This document shows, piece by piece, positions 1-12,031 of a DNA stretch of 64,000 bases (positions within the stretch are counted from its first letter, which is position 1; every line of letters starts with the position of its first letter). The DNA is taken from the NCBI GenBank assembly GCA_964016885.1, contig CAXHJY010000442.1:124001-188000 (forward strand), given 5' to 3'. The notes below the pieces were generated by a model. The model saw nothing but the letters and a program-made list of their open reading frames with translations, ran no database searches and was not told where the DNA came from. Source of the stretch: Eledone cirrhosa (lineage: Eukaryota). A program made the translations under genes and the position numbers.

Positions 1-2
1 CA

Positions 3-13
3 CTCATTGGCTA
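3..13 (-). promoter_or_regulatory. CCAAT-box (NF-Y consensus) match, once per monomer; function unproven
   Basis: The minus strand reads TAGCCAATGAG, matching the extended NF-Y consensus YRRCCAATSRG. This is a motif match only. Confidence 0.3.
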
Positions 14-94
14 TGTGTGGCGTGAATTTCAGCAAGATATCTCCGTAAAATCAATAGTTGTGGCTGTGGAACCAAACCGTGTTAAACGTCAACA

Positions 95-161
95 AAGTCC
101 GCCGGCGAATGGTGTGCTTCGAAGAAAACGAATCCAAAAATGACGATTAGCCGGCGGATTT
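95..161. other. Imperfect inverted repeat present in every monomer (arms 95-110 and 146-161, 35-nt spacer)
   Basis: AAGTCCGCCGGCGAAT (95-110) versus ATTAGCCGGCGGATTT (146-161): 14 of 16 Watson-Crick pairs, one G.T and one mismatch. Confidence 0.85.
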
Positions 162-624
162 ACCTTTTCAATCGCGGGCCGGCCGCCCGTGGTCGGATCG
201 ATCTGTAATTACTGGTACATGTGCAGACACTCATTGGCTATGTGTGGCGTGAATTTCAGCAAGATATCTCCGTAAAATCAATAGTTGTGGCTGTGGAAAC
301 AAACCGTGTTAAACGTCAACAAAGTCCGCCGGCGAATGGTGTGCTTCGAAGAAAACGAATCAAAAAATGACGATTAGCCGGCGGATTTACCTTTTCAATC
401 GCGGGCCGGCCGCCCGTGGTCGGATCGATCTGTAGTTACTGGTACATGTGCAGACACTCATTGGCTATGTGTGGCGTGAATTTCAGCAAGATATCTCCGT
501 AAAATCAATAGTTGTGGCTGTGGAACCAAACCGTGTTAAACGTCAACAAAGTCCGCCGGCGAATGGTGTGCTTCGAAGAAAACGAATCCAAAAATGACGA
601 TTAGCCGGCGGATTTACCTTTTTA

Positions 625-647
625 ATCGCGGGCCGGCCGCCCGCGGT
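625..647. other. GC-rich hairpin present in every monomer (unit positions 171-193; shown in type B unit 3)
   Basis: ATCGCGGGC-CGGCC-GCCCGCGGT: a perfect 7-bp GC stem in type B, extendable by T.G and A-T pairs. In type A, 190T converts one G-C pair to G.T. Confidence 0.85.
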
Positions 648-3600
648 CGGATCGATCTGTAATTACTGGTACATGTGCAGACACTCATTGGCTATGTGTG
701 GCGTGAATTTCAGCAAGATATCTCCGTAAAATCAATAGTTGTGGCTGTGGAACCAAACCGTGTTAAACGTCAACAAAGTCCGCCGGCGAATGGTGTGCTT
801 CGAAGAAAACGAATCCAAAAATGACGATTAGCCGGCGGATTTACCTTTTTAATCGCGGGCCGGCCGCCCGCGGTCGGATCGATCTGTAATTACTGGTACA
901 TGTGCAGACACTCATTGGCTATGTGTGGCGTGAATTTCAGCAAGATATCTCCGTAAAATCAATAGTTGTGGCTGTGGAACCAAACCGTGTTAAACGTCAA
1001 CAAAGTCCGCCGGCGAATGGTGTGCTTCGAAGAAAACGAATCCAAAAATGACGATTAGCCGGCGGATTTACCTTTTCAATCGCGGGCCGGCCGCCCGTGG
1101 TCGGATCGATCTGTAATTACTGGTACATGTGCAGACACTCATTGGCTATGTGTGGCGTGAATTTCAGCAAGATATCTCCGTAAAATCAATAGTTGTGGCT
1201 GTGGAATCAAACCGTGTTAAACGTCAACAAAGTCCGCCGGCGAATGGTGTGCTTCGAAGAAAACGAATCCAAAAATGACGATTAGCCGGCGGATTTACCT
1301 TTTCAATCGCGGGCCGGCCGCCCGTGGTCGGATCGATCTGTAATTACTGGTACATGTGCAGACACTCATTGGCTATGTGTGGCGTGAATTTCAGCAAGAT
1401 ATCTCCGTAAAATCAATAGTTGTGGCTGTGGAACCAAACCGTGTTAAACGTCAACAAAGTCCGCCGGCGAATGGTGTGCTTCGAAGAAAACGAATCCAAA
1501 AATGACGATTAGCCGGCGGATTTACCTTTTTAATCGCGGGCCGGCCGCCCGCGGTCGGATCGATCTGTAATTACTGGTACATGTGCAGACACTCATTGGC
1601 TATGTGTGGCGTGAATTTCAGCAAGATATCTCCGTAAAATCAATAGTTGTGGCTGTGGAACCAAACCGTGTTAAACGTCAACAAAGTCCGCCGGCGAATG
1701 GTGTGCTTCGAAGAAAACGAATCCAAAAATGACGATTAGCCGGCGGATTTACCTTTTCAATCGCGGGCCGGCCGCCCGTGGTCGGATCGATCTGTAATTA
1801 CTGGTACATGTGCAGACACTTATTGGCTATGTGTGGCGTGAATTTCAGCAAGATATCTCCGTAAAATCAATAGTTGTGGCTGTGGAACCAAACCGTGTTA
1901 AACGTCAACAAAGTCCGCCGGCGAATGGTGTGCTTCGAAGAAAACGAATCCAAAAATGACGATTAGCCGGCGGATTTACCTTTTTAATCGCGGGCCGGCC
2001 GCCCGCGGTCGGATCGATCTGTAATTACTGGTACATGTGCAGATACTCATTGGCTATGTGTGGCGTGAATTTCAGCAAGATATCTCCGTAAAATCAATAG
2101 TTGTGGCTGTGGAACCAAACCGTGTTAAACGTCAACAAAGTCCGCCGGCGAATGGTGTGCTTCGAAGAAAACGAATCCAAAAATGACGATTAGCCGGCGG
2201 ATTTACCTTTTTAATCGCGGGCCGGCCGCCCGCGGTCGGATCGATCTGTAATTACTGGTACATGTGCAGACACTCATTGGCTATGTGTGGCGTGAATTTC
2301 AGCAAGATATCTCCGTAAAATCAATAGTTGTGGCTGTGGAACCAAACCGTGTTAAACGTCAACAAAGTCCGCCGGCGAATGGTGTGCTTCGAAGAAAACG
2401 AATCCAAAAATGACGATTAGCCGGCGGATTTACCTTTTTAATCGCGGGCCGGCCGCCCGCGGTCGGATCGATCTGTAATTACTGGTACATGTGCAGACAC
2501 TCATTGGCTATGTGTGGCGTGAATTTCAGCAAGATATCTCCGTAAAATCAATAGTTGTGGCTGTGGAACCAAACCGTGTTAAACGTCAACAAAGTCCGCC
2601 GGCGAATGGTGTGCTTCGAAGAAAACGAATCCAAAAATGACGATTAGCCGGCGGATTTACCTTTTCAATCGCGGGCCGGCCGCCCGTGGTCGGATCGATC
2701 TGTAATTACTGGTACATGTGCAGACACTCATTGGCTATGTGTGGCGTGAATTTCAGCAAGATATCTCCGTAAAATCAATAGTTGTGGCTGTGGAACCAAA
2801 CCGTGTTAAACGTCAACAAAGTCCGCCGGCGAATGGTGTGCTTCGAAGAAAACGAATCCAAAAATGACGATTAGCCGGCGGATTTACCTTTTCAATCGCG
2901 GGCCGGCCGCCCGTGGTCGGATCGATCTGTAGTTACTGGTACATGTGCAGACACTCATTGGCTATGTGTGGCGTGAATTTCAGCAAGATATCTCCGTAAA
3001 ATCAATAGTTGTGGCTGTGGAACCAAACCGTGTTAAACGTCAACAAAGTCCGCCGGCGAATGGTGTGCTTCGAAGAAAACGAATCCAAAAATGACGATTA
3101 GCCGGCGGATTTACCTTTTTAATCGCGGGCCGGCCGCCCGCGGTCGGATCGATCTGTAATTACTGGTACATGTGCAGACACTCATTGGCTATGTGTGGCG
3201 TGAATTTCAGCAAGATATCTCCGTAAAATCAATAGTTGTGGCTGTGGAACCAAACCGTGTTAAACGTCAACAAAGTCCGCCGGCGAATGGTGTGCTTCGA
3301 AGAAAACGAATCCAAAAATGACGATTAGCCGGCGGATTTACCTTTTTAATCGCGGGCCGGCCGCCCGCGGTCGGATCGATCTGTAATTACTGGTACATGT
3401 GCAGACACTCATTGGCTATGTGTGGCGTGAATTTCAGCAAGATATCTCCGTAAAATCAATAGTTGTGGCTGTGGAACCAAACCGTGTTAAACGTCAACAA
3501 AGTCCGCCGGCGAATGGTGTGCTTCGAAGAAAACGAATCCAAAAATGACGATTAGCCGGCGGATTTACCTTTTCAATCGCGGGCCGGCCGCCCGTGGTCG

Positions 3601-3859
3601 GATCGATCTGTAATTACTGGTACATGTGCAGACACTCATTGGCTATGTGTGGCGTGAATTTCAGCAAGATATCTCCGTAAAATCAATAGTTGTGGCTGTG
3701 GAATCAAACCGTGTTAAACGTCAACAAAGTCCGCCGGCGAATGGTGTGCTTCGAAGAAAACGAATCCAAAAATGACGATTAGCCGGCGGATTTACCTTTT
3801 CAATCGCGGGCCGGCCGCCCGTGGTCGGATCGATCTGTAATTACTGGTACATGTGCAGA

Positions 3860-6800
3860 CACTCATTGGCTATGTGTGGCGTGAATTTCAGCAAGATATC
3901 TCCGTAAAATCAATAGTTGTGGCTGTGGAATCAAACCGTGTTAAACGTCAACAAAGTCCGCCGGCGAATGGTGTGCTTCGAAGAAAACGAATCCAAAAAT
4001 GACGATTAGCCGGCGGATTTACCTTTTCAATCGCGGGCCGGCCGCCCGTGGTCGGATCGATCTGTAATTACTGGTACATGTGCAGACACTCATTGGCTAT
4101 GTGTGGCGTGAATTTCAGCAAGATATCTCCGTAAAATCAATAGTTGTGGCTGTGGAACCAAACCGTGTTAAACGTCAACAAAGTCCGCCGGCGAATGGTG
4201 TGCTTCGAAGAAAACGAATCCAAAAATGACGATTAGCCGGCGGATTTACCTTTTTAATCGCGGGCCGGCCGCCCGCGGTCGGATCGATCTGTAATTACTG
4301 GTACATGTGCAGACACTCATTGGCTATGTGTGGCGTGAATTTCAGCAAGATATCTCCGTAAAATCAATAGTTGTGACTGTGGAACCAAACCGTGTTAAAC
4401 GTCAACAAAGTCCGCCGGCGAATGGTGTGCTTCGAAGAAAACGAATCCAAAAATGACGATTAGCCGGCGGATTTACCTTTTTAATCGCGGGCCGGCCGCC
4501 CGCGGTCGGATCGATCTGTAATTACTGGTACATGTGCAGATACTCATTGGCTATGTGTGGCGTGAATTTCAGCAAGATATCTCCGTAAAATCAATAGTTG
4601 TGGCTGTGGAACCAAACCGTGTTAAACGTCAACAAACTCCGCCGGCGAATGGTGTGCTTCGAAGAAAACGAATCCAAAAATGACGATTAGCCGGCGGATT
4701 TACCTTTTCAATCGCGGGCCGGCCGCCCGTGGTCGGATCGATCTGTAATTACTGGTACATGTGCAGACACTCATTGGCTATGTGTGGCGTGAATTTCAGC
4801 AAGATATCTCCGTAAAATCAATAGTTGTGGCTGTGGAACCAAACCGTGTTAAACGTCAACAAAGTCCGCCGGCGAATGGTGTGCTTCGAAGAAAACTAAT
4901 CCAAAAATGACGATTAGCCGGCGGATTTACCTTTTCAATCGCGGGCCGGCCGCCCGTGGTCGGATCGATCTGTAATTACTGGTACATGTGCAGACACTCA
5001 TTGGCTATGTGTGGCGTGAATTTCAGCAAGATATCTCCGTAAAATCAATAGTTGTGGCTGTGGAACCAAACCGTGTTAAACGTCAACAAAGTCCGCCGGC
5101 GAATGGTGTGCTTCGAAGAAAACGAATCCAAAAACGACGATTAGCCGGCGGATTTACCTTTTTAATCGCGGGCCGGCCGCCCGCGGTCGGATCGATCTGT
5201 AATTACTGGTACATGTGCAGATACTCATTGGCTATGTGTGGCGTGAATTTCAGCAAGATATCTCCGTAAAATCAATAGTTGTGGCTGTGGAACCAAACCG
5301 TGTTAAACGTCAACAAAGTCCGCCGGCGAATGGTGTGCTTCGAAGAAAACGAATCCAAAAATGACGATTAGCCGGCGGATTTACCTTTTTAATCGCGGGC
5401 CGGCCGCCCGCGGTCGGATCGATCTGTAATTACTGGTACATGTGCAGATACTCATTGGCTATGTGTGGCGTGAATTTCAGCAAGATATCTCCGTAAAATC
5501 AATAGTTGTGGCTGTGGAACCAAACCGTGTTAAACGTCAACAAAGTCTGCCGGCGAATGGTGTGCTTCGAAGAAAACGAATCCAAAAATGACGATTAGCC
5601 GGCGGATTTACCTTTTCAATCGCGGGCCGGCCGCCCGTGGTCGGATCGATCTGTAATTACTGGTACATGTGCAGACACTCATTGGCTATGTGTGGCGTGA
5701 ATTTCAGCAAGATATCTCCGTAAAATCAATAGTTGTGGCTGTGGAACCAAACCGTGTTAAACGTCAACAAAGTCCGCCGGCGAATGGTGTGCTTCGAAGA
5801 AAACGAATCCAAAAATGACGATTAGCCGGCGGATTTACCTTTTTAATCGCGGGCCGGCCGCCCGCGGTCGGATCGATCTGTAATTACTGGTACATGTGCA
5901 GACACTCATTGGCTATGTGTGGCGTGAATTTCAGCAAGATATCTCCGTAAAATCAATAGTTGTGGCTGTGGAACCAAACCGTGTTAAACGTCAACAAAGT
6001 CCGCCGGCGAATGGTGTGCTTCGAAGAAAACGAATCCAAAAATGACGATTAGCCGGCGGATTTACCTTTTTAATCGCGGGCCGGCCGCCCGCGGTCGGAT
6101 CGATCTGTAATTACTGGTACATGTGCAGACACTCATTGGCTATGTGTGGCGTGAATTTCAGCAAGATATCTCCGTAAAATCAATAGTTGTGGCTGTGGAA
6201 CCAAACCGTGTTAAACGTCAACAAAGTCCGCCGGCGAATGGTGTGCTTCGAAGAAAACGAATCCAAAAATGACGATTAGCCGGCGGATTTACCTTTTCAA
6301 TCGCGGGCCGGCCGCCCGTGGTCGGATCGATCTGTAATTACTGGTACATGTGCAGACACTCATTGGCTATGTGTGGCGTGAATTTCAGCAAGATATCTCC
6401 GTAAAATCAATAGTTGTGGCTGTGGAATCAAACCGTGTTAAACGTCAACAAAGTCCGCCGGCGAATGGTGTGCTTCGAAGAAAACGAATCCAAAAATGAC
6501 GATTAGCCGGCGGATTTACCTTTTCAATCGCGGGCCGGCCGCCCGTGGTCGGATCGATCTGTAATTACTGGTACATGTGCAGACACTCATTGGCTATGTG
6601 TGGCGTGAATTTCAGCAAGATATCTCCGTAAAATCAATAGTTGTGGCTGTGGAACCAAACCGTGTTAAACGTCAACAAAGTCCGCCGGCGAATGGTGTGC
6701 TTCGAAGAAAACGAATCCAAAAATGACGATTAGCCGGCGGATTTACCTTTTTAATCGCGGGCCGGCCGCCCGCGGTCGGATCGATCTGTAATTACTGGTA

Positions 6801-9800
6801 CATGTGCAGACACTCATTGGCTATGTGTGGCGTGAATTTCAGCAAGATATCTCCGTAAAATCAATAGTTGTGACTGTGGAACCAAACCGTGTTAAACGTC
6901 AACAAAGTCCGCCGGCGAATGGTGTGCTTCGAAGAAAACGAATCCAAAAATGACGATTAGCCGGCGGATTTACCTTTTTAATCGCGGGCCGGCCGCCCGC
7001 GGTCGGATCGATCTGTAATTACTGGTACATGTGCAGATACTCATTGGCTATGTGTGGCGTGAATTTCAGCAAGATATCTCCGTAAAATCAATAGTTGTGG
7101 CTGTGGAACCAAACCGTGTTAAACGTCAACAAACTCCGCCGGCGAATGGTGTGCTTCGAAGAAAACGAATCCAAAAATGACGATTAGCCGGCGGATTTAC
7201 CTTTTCAATCGCGGGCCGGCCGCCCGTGGTCGGATCGATCTGTAATTACTGGTACATGTGCAGACACTCATTGGCTATGTGTGGCGTGAATTTCAGCAAG
7301 ATATCTCCGTAAAATCAATAGTTGTGGCTGTGGAACCAAACCGTGTTAAACGTCAACAAAGTCTGCCGGCGAATGGTGTGCTTCGAAGAAAACGAATCCA
7401 AAAATGACGATTAGCCGGCGGATTTACCTTTTCAATCGCGGGCCGGCCGCCCGTGGTCGGATCGATCTGTAATTACTGGTACATGTGCAGACACTCATTG
7501 GCTATGTGTGGCGTGAATTTCAGCAAGATATCTCCGTAAAATCAATAGTTGTGGCTGTGGAACCAAACCGTGTTAAACGTCAACAAAGTCCGCCGGCGAA
7601 TGGTGTGCTTCGAAGAAAACGAATCCAAAAATGACGATTAGCCGGCGGATTTACCTTTTTAATCGCGGGCCGGCCGCCCGCGGTCGGATCGATCTGTAAT
7701 TACTGGTACATGTGCAGACACTCATTGGCTATGTGTGGCGTGAATTTCAGCAAGATATCTCCGTAAAATCAATAGTTGTGGCTGTGGAACCAAACCGTGT
7801 TAAACGTCAACAAAGTCCGCCGGCGAATGGTGTGCTTCGAAGAAAACGAATCCAAAAATGACGATTAGCCGGCGGATTTACCTTTTTAATCGCGGGCCGG
7901 CCGCCCGCGGTCGGATCGATCTGTAATTACTGGTACATGTGCAGACACTCATTGGCTATGTGTGGCGTGAATTTCAGCAAGATATCTCCGTAAAATCAAT
8001 AGTTGTGGCTGTGGAACCAAACCGTGTTAAACGTCAACAAAGTCCGCCGGCGAATGGTGTGCTTCGAAGAAAACGAATCCAAAAATGACGATTAGCCGGC
8101 GGATTTACCTTTTCAATCGCGGGCCGGCCGCCCGTGGTCGGATCGATCTGTAATTACTGGTACATGTGCAGACACTCATTGGCTATGTGTGGCGTGAATT
8201 TCAGCAAGATATCTCCGTAAAATCAATAGTTGTGGCTGTGGAATCAAACCGTGTTAAACGTCAACAAAGTCCGCCGGCGAATGGTGTGCTTCGAAGAAAA
8301 CGAATCCAAAAATGACGATTAGCCGGCGGATTTACCTTTTCAATCGCGGGCCGGCCGCCCGTGGTCGGATCGATCTGTAATTACTGGTACATGTGCAGAC
8401 ACTCATTGGCTATGTGTGGCGTGAATTTCAGCAAGATATCTCCGTAAAATCAATAGTTGTGGCTGTGGAACCAAACCGTGTTAAACGTCAACAAAGTCCG
8501 CCGGCGAATGGTGTGCTTCGAAGAAAACGAATCCAAAAATGACGATTAGCCGGCGGATTTACCTTTTTAATCGCGGGCCGGCCGCCCGCGGTCGGATCGA
8601 TCTGTAATTACTGGTACATGTGCAGACACTCATTGGCTATGTGTGGCGTGAATTTCAGCAAGATATCTCCGTAAAATCAATAGTTGTGACTGTGGAACCA
8701 AACCGTGTTAAACGTCAACAAAGTCCGCCGGCGAATGGTGTGCTTCGAAGAAAACGAATCCAAAAATGACGATTAGCCGGCGGATTTACCTTTTTAATCG
8801 CGGGCCGGCCGCCCGCGGTCGGATCGATCTGTAATTACTGGTACATGTGCAGATACTCATTGGCTATGTGTGGCGTGAATTTCAGCAAGATATCTCCGTA
8901 AAATCAATAGTTGTGGCTGTGGAACCAAACCGTGTTAAACGTCAACAAACTCCGCCGGCGAATGGTGTGCTTCGAAGAAAACGAATCCAAAAATGACGAT
9001 TAGCCGGCGGATTTACCTTTTCAATCGCGGGCCGGCCGCCCGTGGTCGGATCGATCTGTAATTACTGGTACATGTGCAGACACTCATTGGCTATGTGTGG
9101 CGTGAATTTCAGCAAGATATCTCCGTAAAATCAATAGTTGTGGCTGTGGAACCAAACCGTGTTAAACGTCAACAAAGTCCGCCGGCGAATGGTGTGCTTC
9201 GAAGAAAACTAATCCAAAAATGACGATTAGCCGGCGGATTTACCTTTTCAATCGCGGGCCGGCCGCCCGTGGTCGGATCGATCTGTAATTACTGGTACAT
9301 GTGCAGACACTCATTGGCTATGTGTGGCGTGAATTTCAGCAAGATATCTCCGTAAAATCAATAGTTGTGGCTGTGGAACCAAACCGTGTTAAACGTCAAC
9401 AAAGTCCGCCGGCGAATGGTGTGCTTCGAAGAAAACGAATCCAAAAACGACGATTAGCCGGCGGATTTACCTTTTTAATCGCGGGCCGGCCGCCCGCGGT
9501 CGGATCGATCTGTAATTACTGGTACATGTGCAGATACTCATTGGCTATGTGTGGCGTGAATTTCAGCAAGATATCTCCGTAAAATCAATAGTTGTGGCTG
9601 TGGAACCAAACCGTGTTAAACGTCAACAAAGTCCGCCGGCGAATGGTGTGCTTCGAAGAAAACGAATCCAAAAATGACGATTAGCCGGCGGATTTACCTT
9701 TTTAATCGCGGGCCGGCCGCCCGCGGTCGGATCGATCTGTAATTACTGGTACATGTGCAGATACTCATTGGCTATGTGTGGCGTGAATTTCAGCAAGATA

Positions 9801-12031
9801 TCTCCGTAAAATCAATAGTTGTGGCTGTGGAACCAAACCGTGTTAAACGTCAACAAAGTCTGCCGGCGAATGGTGTGCTTCGAAGAAAACGAATCCAAAA
9901 ATGACGATTAGCCGGCGGATTTACCTTTTCAATCGCGGGCCGGCCGCCCGTGGTCGGATCGATCTGTAATTACTGGTACATGTGCAGACACTCATTGGCT
10001 ATGTGTGGCGTGAATTTCAGCAAGATATCTCCGTAAAATCAATAGTTGTGGCTGTGGAACCAAACCGTGTTAAACGTCAACAAAGTCCGCCGGCGAATGG
10101 TGTGCTTCGAAGAAAACGAATCCAAAAATGACGATTAGCCGGCGGATTTACCTTTTTAATCGCGGGCCGGCCGCCCGCGGTCGGATCGATCTGTAATTAC
10201 TGGTACATGTGCAGACACTCATTGGCTATGTGTGGCGTGAATTTCAGCAAGATATCTCCGTAAAATCAATAGTTGTGGCTGTGGAACCAAACCGTGTTAA
10301 ACGTCAACAAAGTCCGCCGGCGAATGGTGTGCTTCGAAGAAAACGAATCCAAAAATGACGATTAGCCGGCGGATTTACCTTTTTAATCGCGGGCCGGCCG
10401 CCCGCGGTCGGATCGATCTGTAATTACTGGTACATGTGCAGACACTCATTGGCTATGTGTGGCGTGAATTTCAGCAAGATATCTCCGTAAAATCAATAGT
10501 TGTGGCTGTGGAACCAAACCGTGTTAAACGTCAACAAAGTCCGCCGGCGAATGGTGTGCTTCGAAGAAAACTAATCCAAAAATGACGATTAGCCGGCGGA
10601 TTTACCTTTTCAATCGCGGGCCGGCCGCCCGTGGTCGGATCGATCTGTAATTACTGGTACATGTGCAGACACTCATTGGCTATGTGTGGCGTGAATTTCA
10701 GCAAGATATCTCCGTAAAATCAATAGTTGTGGCTGTGGAACCAAACCGTGTTAAACGTCAACAAAGTCCGCCGGCGAATGGTGTGCTTCGAAGAAAACGA
10801 ATCCAAAAACGACGATTAGCCGGCGGATTTACCTTTTTAATCGCGGGCCGGCCGCCCGCGGTCGGATCGATCTGTAATTACTGGTACATGTGCAGATACT
10901 CATTGGCTATGTGTGGCGTGAATTTCAGCAAGATATCTCCGTAAAATCAATAGTTGTGGCTGTGGAACCAAACCGTGTTAAACGTCAACAAAGTCCGCCG
11001 GCGAATGGTGTGCTTCGAAGAAAACGAATCCAAAAATGACGATTAGCCGGCGGATTTACCTTTTTAATCGCGGGCCGGCCGCCCGCGGTCGGATCGATCT
11101 GTAATTACTGGTACATGTGCAGATACTCATTGGCTATGTGTGGCGTGAATTTCAGCAAGATATCTCCGTAAAATCAATAGTTGTGGCTGTGGAACCAAAC
11201 CGTGTTAAACGTCAACAAAGTCTGCCGGCGAATGGTGTGCTTCGAAGAAAACGAATCCAAAAATGACGATTAGCCGGCGGATTTACCTTTTCAATCGCGG
11301 GCCGGCCGCCCGTGGTCGGATCGATCTGTAATTACTGGTACATGTGCAGACACTCATTGGCTATGTGTGGCGTGAATTTCAGCAAGATATCTCCGTAAAA
11401 TCAATAGTTGTGGCTGTGGAACCAAACCGTGTTAAACGTCAACAAAGTCCGCCGGCGAATGGTGTGCTTCGAAGAAAACGAATCCAAAAATGACGATTAG
11501 CCGGCGGATTTACCTTTTTAATCGCGGGCCGGCCGCCCGCGGTCGGATCGATCTGTAATTACTGGTACATGTGCAGACACTCATTGGCTATGTGTGGCGT
11601 GAATTTCAGCAAGATATCTCCGTAAAATCAATAGTTGTGGCTGTGGAACCAAACCGTGTTAAACGTCAACAAAGTCCGCCGGCGAATGGTGTGCTTCGAA
11701 GAAAACGAATCCAAAAATGACGATTAGCCGGCGGATTTACCTTTTTAATCGCGGGCCGGCCGCCCGCGGTCGGATCGATCTGTAATTACTGGTACATGTG
11801 CAGACACTCATTGGCTATGTGTGGCGTGAATTTCAGCAAGATATCTCCGTAAAATCAATAGTTGTGGCTGTGGAACCAAACCGTGTTAAACGTCAACAAA
11901 GTCCGCCGGCGAATGGTGTGCTTCGAAGAAAACGAATCCAAAAATGACGATTAGCCGGCGGATTTACCTTTTCAATCGCGGGCCGGCCGCCCGTGGTCGG
12001 ATCGATCTGTAATTACTGGTACATGTGCAGA
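3860..12031. repeat. Higher-order repeat domain based on an 11-unit (2497-bp) block
   Basis: The marker order T72, A63, T1+C97, T130, C141, T1, T1+T100 occurs in units 18-28, again in 29-36 (3 units missing), and in 37-53 (with units 41-46 duplicated as 47-52). Confidence 0.85.

Larger units (their letters stand above)
1..227 (+). repeat. Reference monomer (type A: 169C/190T); the start point is arbitrary
   Basis: First full unit. Manual count gives 51 C and 59 G (48.5% GC) and 19 CpG. Type B units (e.g. 455-681) carry 169T/190C. Confidence 0.97.

Noticed and set aside
8-135. tRNA gene, tRNA-derived SINE or 5S unit (TGGCTATGTGTGG as A box; TTCGAA and CGAATCC as B box)
   Set aside because: Matches to the A- and B-box consensus are only partial, there is no cloverleaf, and I see no 5S rRNA or spliced-leader similarity.
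124-146. Hammerhead ribozyme / retrozyme monomer (unit size fits; TGACGA and GAAA present)
   Set aside because: The core needs CUGANGA and GAAA flanking stem II. Here it is ATGACGA, the order and spacing leave no room for the stems, and the minus strand has only CTGAAAT.
149-184. HDV-like ribozyme on the minus strand (GGCCGGC-22 nt-GCCGGCU resembles the HDV genomic P1 helix)
   Set aside because: There is no P3/L3 pyrimidine-rich loop, no GG after P1 for P1.1, and no evident P2. The match is explained by the repeated GCCGGC hexamer. An RNArobo or Infernal search would settle it.
161-193. Rho-independent terminator
   Set aside because: The T-tract lies before the GC hairpin on the plus strand, and on the minus strand the hairpin is followed by an A-rich run. 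There is also no gene to terminate.
35-225. Synthetic construct or polylinker (EcoRV, BstBI, FseI, EagI, SacII, ClaI sites)
   Set aside because: There are no vector, operator or Widom-601-like elements that I recognise, and the hierarchical variant pattern looks like natural array evolution.
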